A stretch of 64,000 nucleotides of DNA. Origin: a bacterium (lineage in GTDB: Bacteria; UBA8248). A model generated the notes under the pieces. It saw nothing but the letters and a program-made list of their open reading frames with translations, did no database searches and was not told where the DNA came from. Made by a program: the position numbers and the translations under genes. The stretch's first letter is position 1, and every line of letters begins with the position of its first letter. Positions 20,389 to 30,699 of the stretch are shown here, in pieces. Location of the stretch: contig OZ241326.1 in the NCBI GenBank assembly GCA_965199855.1, forward strand, positions 1,952,001 to 2,016,000, written 5' to 3'.

Positions 20389-23300
20389 ATGCGACAGGGC
20401 AAGAAACAGACGTTCGGCGCCGCGCGCGCCGCGCTTTCCGCCGTCCTTCTGGCGGCGCTCCTCCTCGCGCCGGGGACGGCGCGGGCGCGGGATGACTGCG
20501 GGGCGCTCAATGCGGGCAACTCGTTCACTGAGACCTGCCCGGACGCGGCGTATACCGGCATCGTCTATTGGGATCTGGCGAACGCCGTCACGCTCACCGT
20601 CACGGGCGGGGCGGCGACGACGATCACGGCCGGGGCGAACAACGGCCTGCACAACGGCATCACCATCAGAACGAACGACGATGCGACCTCGCCCCGGACG
20701 TCCCCGGTCCGCAACATCGGCCTCACGGTCGGAAGCGGGGGCGCCGTCGCCATCAGGCAGAGCGGCACGCGGGCGAGCAGTTGGTACAACAACCGCGGCA
20801 TCGTCGTCTTCCAGCGCGACGGGGACGGCGCCACGACGACGCTGGACGTCAGGAGCGGCGTGACCATCGGGACGGCGACCGCGAAGATGGAGAGCCGCGG
20901 CATCGAGGTCACGACCTACGAGAGCGACGCCGGCGACATTTCGGTCACCACGGCGGCGGCGATCCGCTCCGAGGACGACGGCGTCCACGTTGACAACCGC
21001 GGCTCCGGCGCCACCATGGTCATCAACAGCGGCGCCGTCACGTCGGACGCCAGGGGCATCTACGTCAGCGACTCGGGCTCCACCGGCGACATCGCGCTCA
21101 CCAACAGCGGCGCGATCACGGCGGGCGCCACGGGCATCGAAGCCGTCGGCTCGGGCGCGGCCGGCGACGTGTCGGTGACCAACAGCGGCGCCGTCACGTC
21201 GGACACCACGGGCATTATCGTCCGCGTCTCGGGCGCGGCCGGCGACATCATGGTCGAGAACAGCAGCGACATCACGTCGGACCGCCAGGGCGTATTCGTC
21301 GACCAGCTGACGAGCGCGGGCGCCGCCTCCGTCACGCATTCGGCGGGCGCCATCGCCGCCGAGACCGAGAGCGGCGTCCACGCGCAGAACGCGGCCGGCA
21401 ACGCGGCCAAGGTGGAGGTCATGGTGACGGGCGGCTCGGTGAAGTCGGACGGGCAGAGCAAGGCGGCCGTCTCGATTCTCCAGCGCGGGACGGGCGACGC
21501 CGTCGCCGGCGTCTCGGAGGGCGCGACGCTCACCTCGAAGCACAACGCCGGCATCTACGCGGACCTCTCGAACGCGAACAACGCGGCGGGGCAGATCAAG
21601 ATCACCCAGGGCGGGACGATTTCGGGCCGCCAGGGCGTCTACGCCCGCGTGGGGCGCGTCAGCGCGGCGGGCGAGACGCGCGCGGCGGCGAAGCAGCCCG
21701 CCATCGACATCGCCTGGACGGGCGCGTTCGCGCGCGGGGAGGGAACGGCGGAGAACGACGACGACCGCTTCCTCGCCTCGACCGCGGCGCGCGCGGTCGC
21801 CGTCGCCCAGGAGGTGGAGGCCGAGAAGGCCATGCGCTACGGCACGAGCTCTCTACGCTACGGCTCGCCGGCGGGGATAGAGGCGCAGGTCATGTCCTGG
21901 CGCGACATGATGACGGCCGTGGCGAAGGGGGACGATCCGGGCGCGATAGCGGACAACACGGCGCAGATGAACCTGCTGTCGACGTCCCACGCCGATTCGC
22001 GGAGGGCGGCGATTCTCGCGGCGTTCAAGGCGGCGCTCGGAAGCGCCGACATCGAGGTGGCGGCGGCGGTATTCGACGCCGTCAAGACGGGCGCGACGAG
22101 CCTGACCGGCGTGACGGACGCCGAGATCGTGACCTATCTGGAAACGGACGACGCCGCCACGAGAACCCTCCTCCGAAACGTCCTGGCGCAGGGCCTCTCG
22201 GACGCGGAGAAGGCGGTTCTGCGGGCGGTTGCGACGGACACCGGGCGACTGGCGGCCGCGCTCAACGACGAGGACGCGGACTTCTCCGCCGCCTACAAGA
22301 CCTCGGCGCTCGCGCTGCTGAACAGGTTCAACGCGGGCGACATCAAGGTCGCCGTGAACGGGGGCTCCATCGACTCGCGCGGGGACGGCGTTCGCGCCTA
22401 CTACGCGACGCCCCACAGGAACAACGGCATGATTGACATAACCGTCGCCGAGGGCGCGGAAGTCACGGGCGCCATGGCGGGCGTCTACGCGGCGAACGCC
22501 GGACGCGGCGCGGACGGCATTCTGAAGCAGAGCGTGACCGTGCACGGAACCGTGACGGGCGGGACGGACGCGGCCGTTCATCTCTCGGGCGGCGGCAGGC
22601 TGACCGTGGGCGAGAAGGGCCGGGTGCTCGCGGGCGCCTCGGGCGTGGCGGTTCTGGTGAACGAGCCGGGCCCGGCGGCGATCGTCATTCACGGAATGGT
22701 CCGCGGCGGGCGGAAACCGGACGACAGTTCCAATCACGCGGCGGTGCATCTGACCGGCGGCGGTTCGGTGACGGTGGGCCTCACCGGCTCGGTGGACGCG
22801 AACGGCGCGGACGCGGCGATTCTGAGCTCGGGCGCGGCGACGACCGTCAACATCCACATGTCGGGCCAGACGCGCGCGGCCACGCAAGCGGCCATCCAGC
22901 GCGTGACCGGCGCCATCAAGGGCTTGGGCGGCAGCCGCGTGACCTTCGTCGAGGAGGACGAGAACGGCGAGACGGGCTTTTCGCTCGGCGTGCCGGTGGA
23001 CGATGACGGCAACCCCGATCTCTCCTCGATTCAGATCAGAAGCGAAGAAGGAGAAGAGAGAGAGAGAGGCCAGGCCATGCTGGCGACCCTGACGCTCGAG
23101 GGCTGCGCCGCGGGCTCGGACAGGCGGTGCCGCCTCTACGAGGCGCTGCCCTCCGCGCTTCTCCTGATGAGCCGGATGCCCTCCTACGCCGAGCGCGTCT
23201 CCGCCCCGCGGGGGTCGAACGGCGTCTGGGGGCGCATCGAGGCGGCGAGCGGCGAATGGACGGCCGACAAGGCGGCGACCGGCAAGGAGGCGACCGGCAA

Positions 23301-24018
23301 GGAGCTCGCCTACGACCACAGCCGCGCCGGGGGCCGCGCCGGCTTCGACTTCATCGGCCCGAACGCGCGGGTCGGCCTCTCCGTCCACATGATGAAGGGC
23401 AAGGCGGACATGAGCGGCGCGGGCGAGATCGCCCTGAACGGCGCGGGCTTCGGGGCGTCGCTCACCTGGACGGGCGGGGACTTCTACGTGGACGTCCAGG
23501 CGCAGGCGACCTGGTTCGACGCCGAGATCGACGCGGACATGAGCGGCAAGCTGGAGAAGGACGCCAGCGGCTCGGGCGCGGGCCTGGGCGTGGAGATCGG
23601 AACCCGCATGGCGCTCATGGAGGGCGCGTTCATCACCCCGCGCGCGGGGCTGACCTGGACGCGGGCGGATCTCGGCGACTTCACGGACTCGCGCGGGGCG
23701 AACGCGGCGCGGGTCTCCGTCGAGGACGCGAGCAGCGCGAAGGGCCGCCTGGGCGTCATGGTGGACGCGCCGATGGCGGACGGCGGCGGCCTGTTCGCGA
23801 CGCTCGACCTCGAGCAGGAGTTCTCGAACGAGACGAGCGTGGAGGTGGCGAACCTGAAGTTCAAGACCGAGACCTCGGCGACCGCCCTCCGCCTGGGGCT
23901 GGGCGGCGCCTTCTCCCTCGGCGAGGGCGTGACGCTCCGCGCGTCGGGCCACTACGAGGCGAGCGGGAGCGGCACGAGCGAGATCGGCGGCGGCGCGAGC
24001 CTGAGCGTGAGCTTCTAG
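20389..24018 (+). CDS. Type Va autotransporter / adhesin-like outer membrane protein 1
   Basis: Sec signal peptide (ARA/RDD), G/T/A/S-rich beta-helix passenger (NSGAVTSD repeats), YEALP linker, GVWGRI-start beta-barrel with ITPRAGL, terminal Phe (SLSVSF). Confidence 0.9.
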   Translation: MRQGKKQTFGAARAALSAVLLAALLLAPGTARARDDCGALNAGNSFTETCPDAAYTGIVYWDLANAVTLTVTGGAATTITAGANNGLHNGITIRTNDDATSPRTSPVRNIGLTVGSGGAVAIRQSGTRASSWYNNRGIVVFQRDGDGATTTLDVRSGVTIGTATAKMESRGIEVTTYESDAGDISVTTAAAIRSEDDGVHVDNRGSGATMVINSGAVTSDARGIYVSDSGSTGDIALTNSGAITAGATGIEAVGSGAAGDVSVTNSGAVTSDTTGIIVRVSGAAGDIMVENSSDITSDRQGVFVDQLTSAGAASVTHSAGAIAAETESGVHAQNAAGNAAKVEVMVTGGSVKSDGQSKAAVSILQRGTGDAVAGVSEGATLTSKHNAGIYADLSNANNAAGQIKITQGGTISGRQGVYARVGRVSAAGETRAAAKQPAIDIAWTGAFARGEGTAENDDDRFLASTAARAVAVAQEVEAEKAMRYGTSSLRYGSPAGIEAQVMSWRDMMTAVAKGDDPGAIADNTAQMNLLSTSHADSRRAAILAAFKAALGSADIEVAAAVFDAVKTGATSLTGVTDAEIVTYLETDDAATRTLLRNVLAQGLSDAEKAVLRAVATDTGRLAAALNDEDADFSAAYKTSALALLNRFNAGDIKVAVNGGSIDSRGDGVRAYYATPHRNNGMIDITVAEGAEVTGAMAGVYAANAGRGADGILKQSVTVHGTVTGGTDAAVHLSGGGRLTVGEKGRVLAGASGVAVLVNEPGPAAIVIHGMVRGGRKPDDSSNHAAVHLTGGGSVTVGLTGSVDANGADAAILSSGAATTVNIHMSGQTRAATQAAIQRVTGAIKGLGGSRVTFVEEDENGETGFSLGVPVDDDGNPDLSSIQIRSEEGEERERGQAMLATLTLEGCAAGSDRRCRLYEALPSALLLMSRMPSYAERVSAPRGSNGVWGRIEAASGEWTADKAATGKEATGKELAYDHSRAGGRAGFDFIGPNARVGLSVHMMKGKADMSGAGEIALNGAGFGASLTWTGGDFYVDVQAQATWFDAEIDADMSGKLEKDASGSGAGLGVEIGTRMALMEGAFITPRAGLTWTRADLGDFTDSRGANAARVSVEDASSAKGRLGVMVDAPMADGGGLFATLDLEQEFSNETSVEVANLKFKTETSATALRLGLGGAFSLGEGVTLRASGHYEASGSGTSEIGGGASLSVSF

Positions 24019-24115
24019 GGCGCGCGCGAACGCCTGACGGATTCACGACCGGGCGCGGGGGAGGCGCAAACGCCCCCGCGCCCGGTTTTCGTTTTGCGGG
24101 ATGGATCCGTTGGAT

Positions 24116-25715
24116 CCGTAGGGGCGGTTCGCGAACCGCCCGCGTCGCCATTGATGGAAAACGGCGCGGGACGCATATATGCGTCCCCTACAAAGGCGAG
24201 GGCGGCGACGGTTTCGTAGGGGGCGCATTCATGCGCCCCGTTGCGGGCCCGGCAATAACGCGGGGCGGATTGTAGGGACAACCCCCTGTGGTTGTCCTTC
24301 GCCGGGTTTCGCCGCCTCCGATGCGAATCCCTCCCCGAAACGGGCGGTTCACGAATTGTGGGGCGGGCCCGAGGAGGGGCCGCCCCTACGAAGGCGAATC
24401 GCGTTTGCCCTCCCCAACGGGCGGCCACAGGGGGCCGCCCCTACGGCCCCCATCACCCATAGGCAACCATCCCGTAGGGGTCGTTCGTGAACGACCCGCA
24501 ATCAACGCCGAACGGCGCGGGACGCATGAATGCGTCCCCTACGGGCCGGGATTCGGATTCTGCGTAGGGGGCGCATTCATGCGCCCCGTTTGTAGGTTGG
24601 CGGCGACGCCCGCATCTCCGTAGGGACAATCCCCGTGGTTGTCCTTCACCGGGTTTCGCCGCCGCCGACCAAACGGACAATCGCCGGGTTGTCGGCCCGC
24701 GCCGTCAAAACGGGCGGTTCGCGAACCGCCCCTACGGAAACATAAACCCCGCGTTCCGTGATTATCCTTCGCGCATTTCGCCCGTAGGGGGCGCATTCAT
24801 GCGCCCCGTTGCGGGCCCGGCAATAACGCGGGGCGGATTGTAGGGACAACCCCCTGTGGTTGTCCTTCGCCGAGTTTCGCCGCCGCCGATGCGAATCCCT
24901 CCCCGAAACGGGCGGTTCACGAACCGCCCCTACGAAGGCGAATCGCGCTCGCCCTCCCCAACGGGCGGCCACAGGGGGCCGCCCCTGCGAAACCATGAAC
25001 CCGCGCATGGATTGGCCGGGAACATCCGTTGGCCGCCGCGCGCCCCGGTTCTGGATTCCGGCCTTCGCCGGAATGACGGGTTTTGCGGCGGCGCGCGGCG
25101 GAGGGGAAACCCTCGCCGCCCTCGCCCGTAGGGGGCGCATTCTTGCGCCCCGCCGTAGGGACAACCCCCTGTGGTTGTCCGCCCCGCGTCCTCATTCCGC
25201 CGTCATTCCGGCGAAGGCCGGAATCCAGGGGTTTGATTGCCTTCCTGCAACCGGGCGGTTCGCGAGCCGCCCCTGCGAAGGCGAATCGCGCTCGCCTTCC
25301 GCAACGGACAACCACAGGGGGCCGCCCCTACGGCCCCCATCACCCATAGACAACCATCCCGTAGGGGTCGTTCGTGAACGACCCGCCGCCGCAATCAACG
25401 CCGAACGGCGCGGGACGCATGAATGCGTCCCCTACGGGCCGGGATTCGGATTCTGCGTAGGGGGCGCAAATTTGCGCCCCGTTTGTAGGTTGGCGGCGAC
25501 GCCCGCATCTCCGCAGGGACAATCCCCTGTGGCTGTCCTTCGCCGGGTACTCCTCCCGCCGGGGTACGAAATCCCGTAGGGGTCGTTCGGGAACGACCCG
25601 CCGCCGATGCGAATCCTTCCTGCAACCGGGCGGTTCGCGAGCCGCCCCTGCGAAGGCGAATCGCGCTCGCCTTCCGCAACGGACAACCACAGGGGGTTGT
25701 TCCTACGAAATCATA
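24116..25715. repeat. Large REP-like mosaic array 5 (about 1.6 kb)
   Basis: More than 20 palindromes of several families; internal block duplications (about 24216-24355 vs 24784-24923 and about 24440-24645 vs 25327-25540). Confidence 0.92.
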
Positions 25716-25750
25716 AACCCCGCGCGCCCCGCCGATCGGCGGCGCGGGCG

Positions 25751-26509
25751 TCACCCCCCTTCCCCGCGCGGCTTTCTGGCGCGGATGCGGACGGAGACCA
25801 CGGGCGGGAACGGGGCGTGATCCGAAATCTCGACCTCGGCGAAGCCCGCCTCCGCCAGGAGGGATTCCCACTCTCCCTGCTCGCAGACGCCGCCCAGCGA
25901 GGCGTTCCACGCCTGGGGGTCGCAGGCGATCTCGATCGGCAGCGCCTCCTCCCGGACGAGCTCGCGGACGAGGAGGCGGCCGCCGGGCCGCAGGACGCGC
26001 CGCGCCTCCCCGAGCGCCTTTTTCTTGTTCGCGGCGAGGTTGAGCGAGGCGTTGGCGAGAACGAGGTCGGCGAAGCCGCTTCGGAGCGGCAGGCGCTCGA
26101 AGTCCCCGGCGAGCAGACGGGCGTCCGCCCCCCGGACGCCGGACAGCGCCTCTCGCGCCCGGCGAAGCATCTGCGGGGCGAAATCCACGGCGAGCAGCCT
26201 GGCGCCCTCCCCCAGACGCTCGCGCAGCAGACGCGCGTCGAGGCCCGCCCCGCAGCCCAGCTCGACGACGGCGCGCGCGCCCCGCAAATCCCCCCCGGCG
26301 AGCGGATACCCGCAGCCGCAGTAGGCCGAGGCGACGCGCGGCGGAAGCCCCTCGAGGAACCGGGCGGGATAGCCCGCCGCGCGCGCCCGCTCCGCTCCGC
26401 CCTCGGGGAAGGCGTCCGCCGCCGCCAGATGCGCGTAGCGGCTTCTGACGAAGGATTTGACCTGGACTTCCCAGGGCGCCGGCCTGCTTCCGTGGACGCG
26501 GACGGGCAC
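25751..26509 (-). CDS. SAM-dependent methyltransferase, ArsM (arsenite methyltransferase)-like
   Basis: YCGCGYP motif, VVELGCGAGLD motif I, GDFERLPL, VLRPGGRL, W...LGG. Confidence 0.75.
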   Translation of the reverse strand: MPVRVHGSRPAPWEVQVKSFVRSRYAHLAAADAFPEGGAERARAAGYPARFLEGLPPRVASAYCGCGYPLAGGDLRGARAVVELGCGAGLDARLLRERLGEGARLLAVDFAPQMLRRAREALSGVRGADARLLAGDFERLPLRSGFADLVLANASLNLAANKKKALGEARRVLRPGGRLLVRELVREEALPIEIACDPQAWNASLGGVCEQGEWESLLAEAGFAEVEISDHAPFPPVVSVRIRARKPRGEGG

Positions 26510-26516
26510 GGCGGAA

Positions 26517-27269
26517 TCAGTGGGGCATGTGCGCCGGGTTCCAGAATTCCCCGGTTCGCACCATTTTGGCGATGCGCTCGCCGTGGGGCATCCAGCCCTC
26601 CTCGTTCTTCCTCGCCTGCGCCTCCCGGTCGTATTCCACGCGCTTCGTCTCCACGCGCCACGCGCCGTCTCCCTCGTATTCCACGACGGAATAGACGGGC
26701 CGGTAGTCGCCGTCCCAGTTCATGCCGACGGCGGCCGCGCAGACGAGGGTCTGGCCGTCCACCTCCCGCACGTAGGGGCCGTGGACGTGGCCGAACGCCA
26801 TGATCTCCGCGTCCGTTCCCCTGATCTTCTCCTTCACCTCCGCGTCCGCGCAGCGGAGGGGGATGGCGTCCTCGATGTCGTCCGGCGTGGCGTGGAAGAT
26901 GAAGAAGTCGTGACCCTTCTCGGGCGTGATCGTCATCGACCACATGAGGCCGTCGAGATATTCGATCTGCTCGGCGGAGAGGCGCTCGCGCGTCATCTTC
27001 ACCATCTCGTAGAGCCACACGTGGTGCTCGTTCTTGGGCGGATCCTTCTCGTCCTTGCGCTTCGAGACCCACCAGTCGAGATTTCCGGCGAGCACGTCCA
27101 CGTCCCTGCGCCCCATGAAGCGATCCACCACCTCGGCGGGCTCGGGGCCGAGCATCACCAGGTCGCCGATGACGACCTCCCTGTCCGCGTTCTCCTTCGC
27201 GACGGCCTCCTGCACGGCGTCCAGGGGCGCGAGCTGGGCGTGAATGTCCGAATACAAAACGATTTTCAA
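26517..27269 (-). CDS. Calcineurin-like metallophosphoesterase
   Basis: SDIH, GDLV, GNxD, HAT and GHVH motifs. Confidence 0.88.
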   Translation of the reverse strand: MKIVLYSDIHAQLAPLDAVQEAVAKENADREVVIGDLVMLGPEPAEVVDRFMGRRDVDVLAGNLDWWVSKRKDEKDPPKNEHHVWLYEMVKMTRERLSAEQIEYLDGLMWSMTITPEKGHDFFIFHATPDDIEDAIPLRCADAEVKEKIRGTDAEIMAFGHVHGPYVREVDGQTLVCAAAVGMNWDGDYRPVYSVVEYEGDGAWRVETKRVEYDREAQARKNEEGWMPHGERIAKMVRTGEFWNPAHMPH

Positions 27270-27330
27270 GGCTGCGCTCCTCCTCCGGCGCGCGGCGGGA
27301 GGGCGGCGCCCCCCTCCGGCGGCCGAAGCG

Positions 27331-27356
27331 AAAAGGGGGCCTCTTTCGAGGCCCCC
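27331..27356 (-). terminator. Intrinsic terminator after the ABC substrate-binding gene
   Basis: Minus strand GGGGGCCTC-GAAA-GAGGCCCCC-TTTT. Confidence 0.75.
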
Positions 27357-27414
27357 CGGTTCGCGCTTTCGTCAGGGCCCCGCCCCTTCACCGGGCGGAC
27401 GGGGCGCCCGCGCG

Positions 27415-28425
27415 CTAGATTTCGCCGGCCTTGGCCAGGGCGGCCTTCGTCACGCCGGTGTCCACGATGTCCTCATACGAGGGAACGGCGCCCTTGATCT
27501 TCCCCAGACGCTTCATGTAGTCCGCGGTGAAGGAGACCGAGCTCTTGGGGATGCCGCTGTTGACCCCCCATATCTTCTCCGCCACGAAGACGTCGTAGGT
27601 TTTCGACATGATCTCCGGGTTCTTCTTATAGACGGGCCGCACCCACTTGTTCGCCGACTTGAGGTAGCCCGCCTTGTCCTTGTAGATGGAGCGGGTGGAC
27701 TGCATCATCGCCATGGCGAAGCGCACGTAGGCGTCCTTGTTCGCGCTGATCTTCGACGAGGGCGCGATGAACGCACCGTAGAAGAAGTTGGGCATGGCCT
27801 TCCACAGGTCCATCAGCTTGTTGAAGGCGGGCTTGCGCTTCTTCACGACGAGCACCTGCTCCACGTGAATGACCACGGCGTCCGCCTTGCCCTTCAGAAG
27901 GAAGGGAACGCGCGCCGGCGGCGGGGTCTTGATGTATTTCACGTCCTTGTCGGAGAGGCCCGCCGTCGCCAGCACGGCGAGGGCGCCCAGGTGGCTGTAT
28001 CCCCCGCGCCCCTCGATGCCGATGGTGCGGCCCTTGAGGTCGGAGGGGCGCTTCACCTGGTCGTTCGCGGCCATCTGCGCCTCGTTCAGAAAGGCCATGG
28101 AGTGGAAGAACTTCATGCCGCTGCCCTTGGTGATGCCCACCATGGCGATCGGCGCGGGCACCCAGGCGGCGTCCAGCCCGCTCTTCTTGCTCGTCATCGC
28201 GCGGTGGGTGGCGACGCCCCCGCGAAAGAACTTCACCTCGACGTCCAGGCCGTGCTTCTCGAAAATCTTGTTGTCGAGCGCGTAGAACACCGGCAGGTGC
28301 ACCATCACCGGCGGACGCACGGGCATTCCGAGCGTGATCTTGTCGGCGGCGGCCGCCGGCGCGGGCGCCATCGCCGCGGCGGCGAGGAAAACCCCCGCGA
28401 TGAATCCCGTCCAAATCCGCTTCAT
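27415..28425 (-). CDS. ABC transporter substrate-binding protein (NitT/TauT, NMT1/SsuA-like)
   Basis: Signal peptide, IFEKHGLDVEV, DLKGRTIG, GLSDKDV; GGAGGAG SD. Confidence 0.88.
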   Translation of the reverse strand: MKRIWTGFIAGVFLAAAAMAPAPAAAADKITLGMPVRPPVMVHLPVFYALDNKIFEKHGLDVEVKFFRGGVATHRAMTSKKSGLDAAWVPAPIAMVGITKGSGMKFFHSMAFLNEAQMAANDQVKRPSDLKGRTIGIEGRGGYSHLGALAVLATAGLSDKDVKYIKTPPPARVPFLLKGKADAVVIHVEQVLVVKKRKPAFNKLMDLWKAMPNFFYGAFIAPSSKISANKDAYVRFAMAMMQSTRSIYKDKAGYLKSANKWVRPVYKKNPEIMSKTYDVFVAEKIWGVNSGIPKSSVSFTADYMKRLGKIKGAVPSYEDIVDTGVTKAALAKAGEI

Positions 28426-28489
28426 TTCACTCCTCCTCGTCAGAATGGAAAATCCCGTTCCGCATGAAAGCATGAAAAGACGCTTCCCG

Positions 28490-29314
28490 TCATTCCGAGC
28501 CCTGCCTCACCCTCCAGGATGAAAATCTGGTTTCGCAGACGGCGACCACCTTCGTCAAGGCGATCCCGACGATCATCAGCAGAACGACGGGCGCCAGCCC
28601 CTTGTCCAGCTCGAGATCCGCGATGTAGTCCTGGCTGAGCGCGCCCAGCCCGGAGATGCTCATCAGAAACTCCGCGACGACCATGCCGACCAGGGCGCGC
28701 CCGCAGGCGAGCCCCAGCCCCGCGACGAGATAGGGGATGACGCTCGGGAAGATCAGGTCCCGCCAGCGCTGGCTCTCCGTCGAGCAGAACGAGCGCGTCA
28801 CCTCGAGGAGCGAGGCGTCCACGTTCCGCACCCCGTGATAGACGTTCACGATGACGGGCATGACGGCGAAGAAGACGACGATGGTCGTCTTTCCGACGAA
28901 ATCCACGCCCAGCACCATGGCGATGGGAAACGCCAGCGCCACCACGGGCGTGGCGTAAAGCGCGAACACGTAGGTGTCCACGGCGTATTCGAACGTCCGG
29001 AAGCGCCCCATCAGAATTCCCAGGACGATGCCGAGCGGAATGGCGATGAGCAGCCCCGCCACGAGGATTTGCGAGCTCTCGTAGGCGGCGGCGAGCATTT
29101 TGCCGTTCGCGAGCAGCTGCCAGAAGGCGACCGTGATGGCGCTGGGGTAGCTGAAGGTGACCGGGTCGATGTTTCCGGTCTGTCCCATCAGCTCCCAGCC
29201 GCCGATGACGACCAGCAGGGAGATGAGGCGCACGTACACGGCGGGGCGCCTCAGGCGCATTGAGAGCGCCTTCGCGTCCGTTGCCGCGGGCGCCGCCGGG
29301 GCGTCGGTGGTCAA
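28490..29314 (-). CDS. ABC transporter permease (NitT/TauT family)
   Basis: Six TM segments, IFPSVIPYLVAG, VVAEF..SGLG. Confidence 0.9.
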   Translation of the reverse strand: MTTDAPAAPAATDAKALSMRLRRPAVYVRLISLLVVIGGWELMGQTGNIDPVTFSYPSAITVAFWQLLANGKMLAAAYESSQILVAGLLIAIPLGIVLGILMGRFRTFEYAVDTYVFALYATPVVALAFPIAMVLGVDFVGKTTIVVFFAVMPVIVNVYHGVRNVDASLLEVTRSFCSTESQRWRDLIFPSVIPYLVAGLGLACGRALVGMVVAEFLMSISGLGALSQDYIADLELDKGLAPVVLLMIVGIALTKVVAVCETRFSSWRVRQGSE

Positions 29315-30138
29315 GGTCGGCTCCCTCCTACTCCTGCGGTCAGCTCGGGGACGGGATCGGGCTCCTTCTCCGGGTTGCGCATGGCCTCCCAGAGGTAATG
29401 GCGCAGCGCCTGAAAGCGGCCTCCCCCCCGGATGCGCTCCAGGTCCCTGCCCCGGCCGAAGCCCGTCTCGAACTGGAAGCGTATCCTGCCCGGCCGGGGC
29501 GTCATCACCAGGACGCGATCCCCCAGCAGGAGCGCCTCGTCGATGCTGTGGGTGATGAAGATCATCGCCTTCGGCTCCGCCTCGTTGATGCGCAGCAGCT
29601 CCTCCTGGAGCGTTTCGCGCGTGAGGGCGTCCAGGGCGCCGAAGGGCTCGTCCATCAGCAGAACGTCGGGCTGGGCGGCGAGCGCCCGCGCCAGGCCCGC
29701 CCGCTGCTGCATCCCGCCCGAGAGCTGCGCCGGGTAGTTTCCCTCGAATCCGCCCAGACCCACCAGCTTCGTGTAGTGGCCGACGAGCCGGTCGATTTCG
29801 CCCTTCTCCCTCCGCTGGATTCTGAGGGCGTAGCCGATGTTCTGATCCAGCCGCTTCCAGGGGAAAAGCCCGAAATTCTGAAAGACCATGGCCATCTCGG
29901 GCCGGGGGCCCCTCACGGCCTCGCCCTTGAAGGAGACCTCCCCCCTATCGCAGAGAATCAGCCCATTCACGATGCGAAGGAGCGTCGTCTTGCCGCACCC
30001 GCTGGGGCCCAGCACCGTCAGGATCTCCCGCGTCCTCACGTCGATGTCGATGCCGTCCAGCACCTGGAGGGCGCCGAACCATTTCCCGACTCCATCGAGC
30101 CGCAAGGTCGGATTCGCGTCGCTGTCGGGCGCAGGCAT
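29311..30138 (-). CDS. ABC transporter ATP-binding protein (NitT/TauT family)
   Basis: GPSGCGKTT, LSGGMQQR, LLMDEPFGALD, FITHSIDEA. Confidence 0.95.
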   Translation of the reverse strand: MPAPDSDANPTLRLDGVGKWFGALQVLDGIDIDVRTREILTVLGPSGCGKTTLLRIVNGLILCDRGEVSFKGEAVRGPRPEMAMVFQNFGLFPWKRLDQNIGYALRIQRREKGEIDRLVGHYTKLVGLGGFEGNYPAQLSGGMQQRAGLARALAAQPDVLLMDEPFGALDALTRETLQEELLRINEAEPKAMIFITHSIDEALLLGDRVLVMTPRPGRIRFQFETGFGRGRDLERIRGGGRFQALRHYLWEAMRNPEKEPDPVPELTAGVGGSRP

Positions 30139-30306
30139 GGATGCTCGCGCTCCTGTCGGAAAAAGGCGCCTTCGCGCGCCGCGTTCGGGTGAATGCGCGG
30201 CGGGCTGCCCGCGCCCGGCCCTCGCCAAGCCCGCTTTCAAAAAGGATGCCGCAAAGCGTAGCGCACTTTCGGGGAGCGGGCAAACGCGGCGGCCCGCCGC
30301 TCTTCG

Positions 30307-30699
30307 CTATTCCTCGCCGACGACGGCTATCGCCTGTATCTCGACCATCATTTCCGGCCTGGCGAAGCCCGCCGCCGTAATGAGCGCGCTGGCGGGGAAG
30401 TTTTCGGGAAAAAACTCCCTTCGCAGCTCGACGAACCTGTCCCCGCGCCGGACGTCCAGAATGAACGCCGTCATCGTCACGACGTCCTGAAGCCTCCCGC
30501 CCGCCCTCTCGAGGGTCCGCCCGATCTGGCGAAACGAGGCGCGCACCTGGGCGTCGAAATCGCCCGTCAGCGCGCGCCCCTCCTCGTCGCGCCACGCCCC
30601 GACGCCGGCGAGCCATATCTGCGCGCCTCCCCGCGTCTTGACGGCGGGCGAGAACGAGCGCGCCTTCTGCCACGTTCCCTCGAAGTATTCACGTGTCAT
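30307..30699 (-). CDS. RidA/YjgF family protein
   Basis: FSPAV, GDFDAQ, PASAL, VEIQAIA. Confidence 0.88.
   Translation of the reverse strand: MTREYFEGTWQKARSFSPAVKTRGGAQIWLAGVGAWRDEEGRALTGDFDAQVRASFRQIGRTLERAGGRLQDVVTMTAFILDVRRGDRFVELRREFFPENFPASALITAAGFARPEMMVEIQAIAVVGEE

Noticed and set aside
24116-25715. CRISPR array
   Set aside because: Repeats are of many types and both orientations, spacing is irregular, 'spacers' recur between arrays, and there are no cas genes in the window
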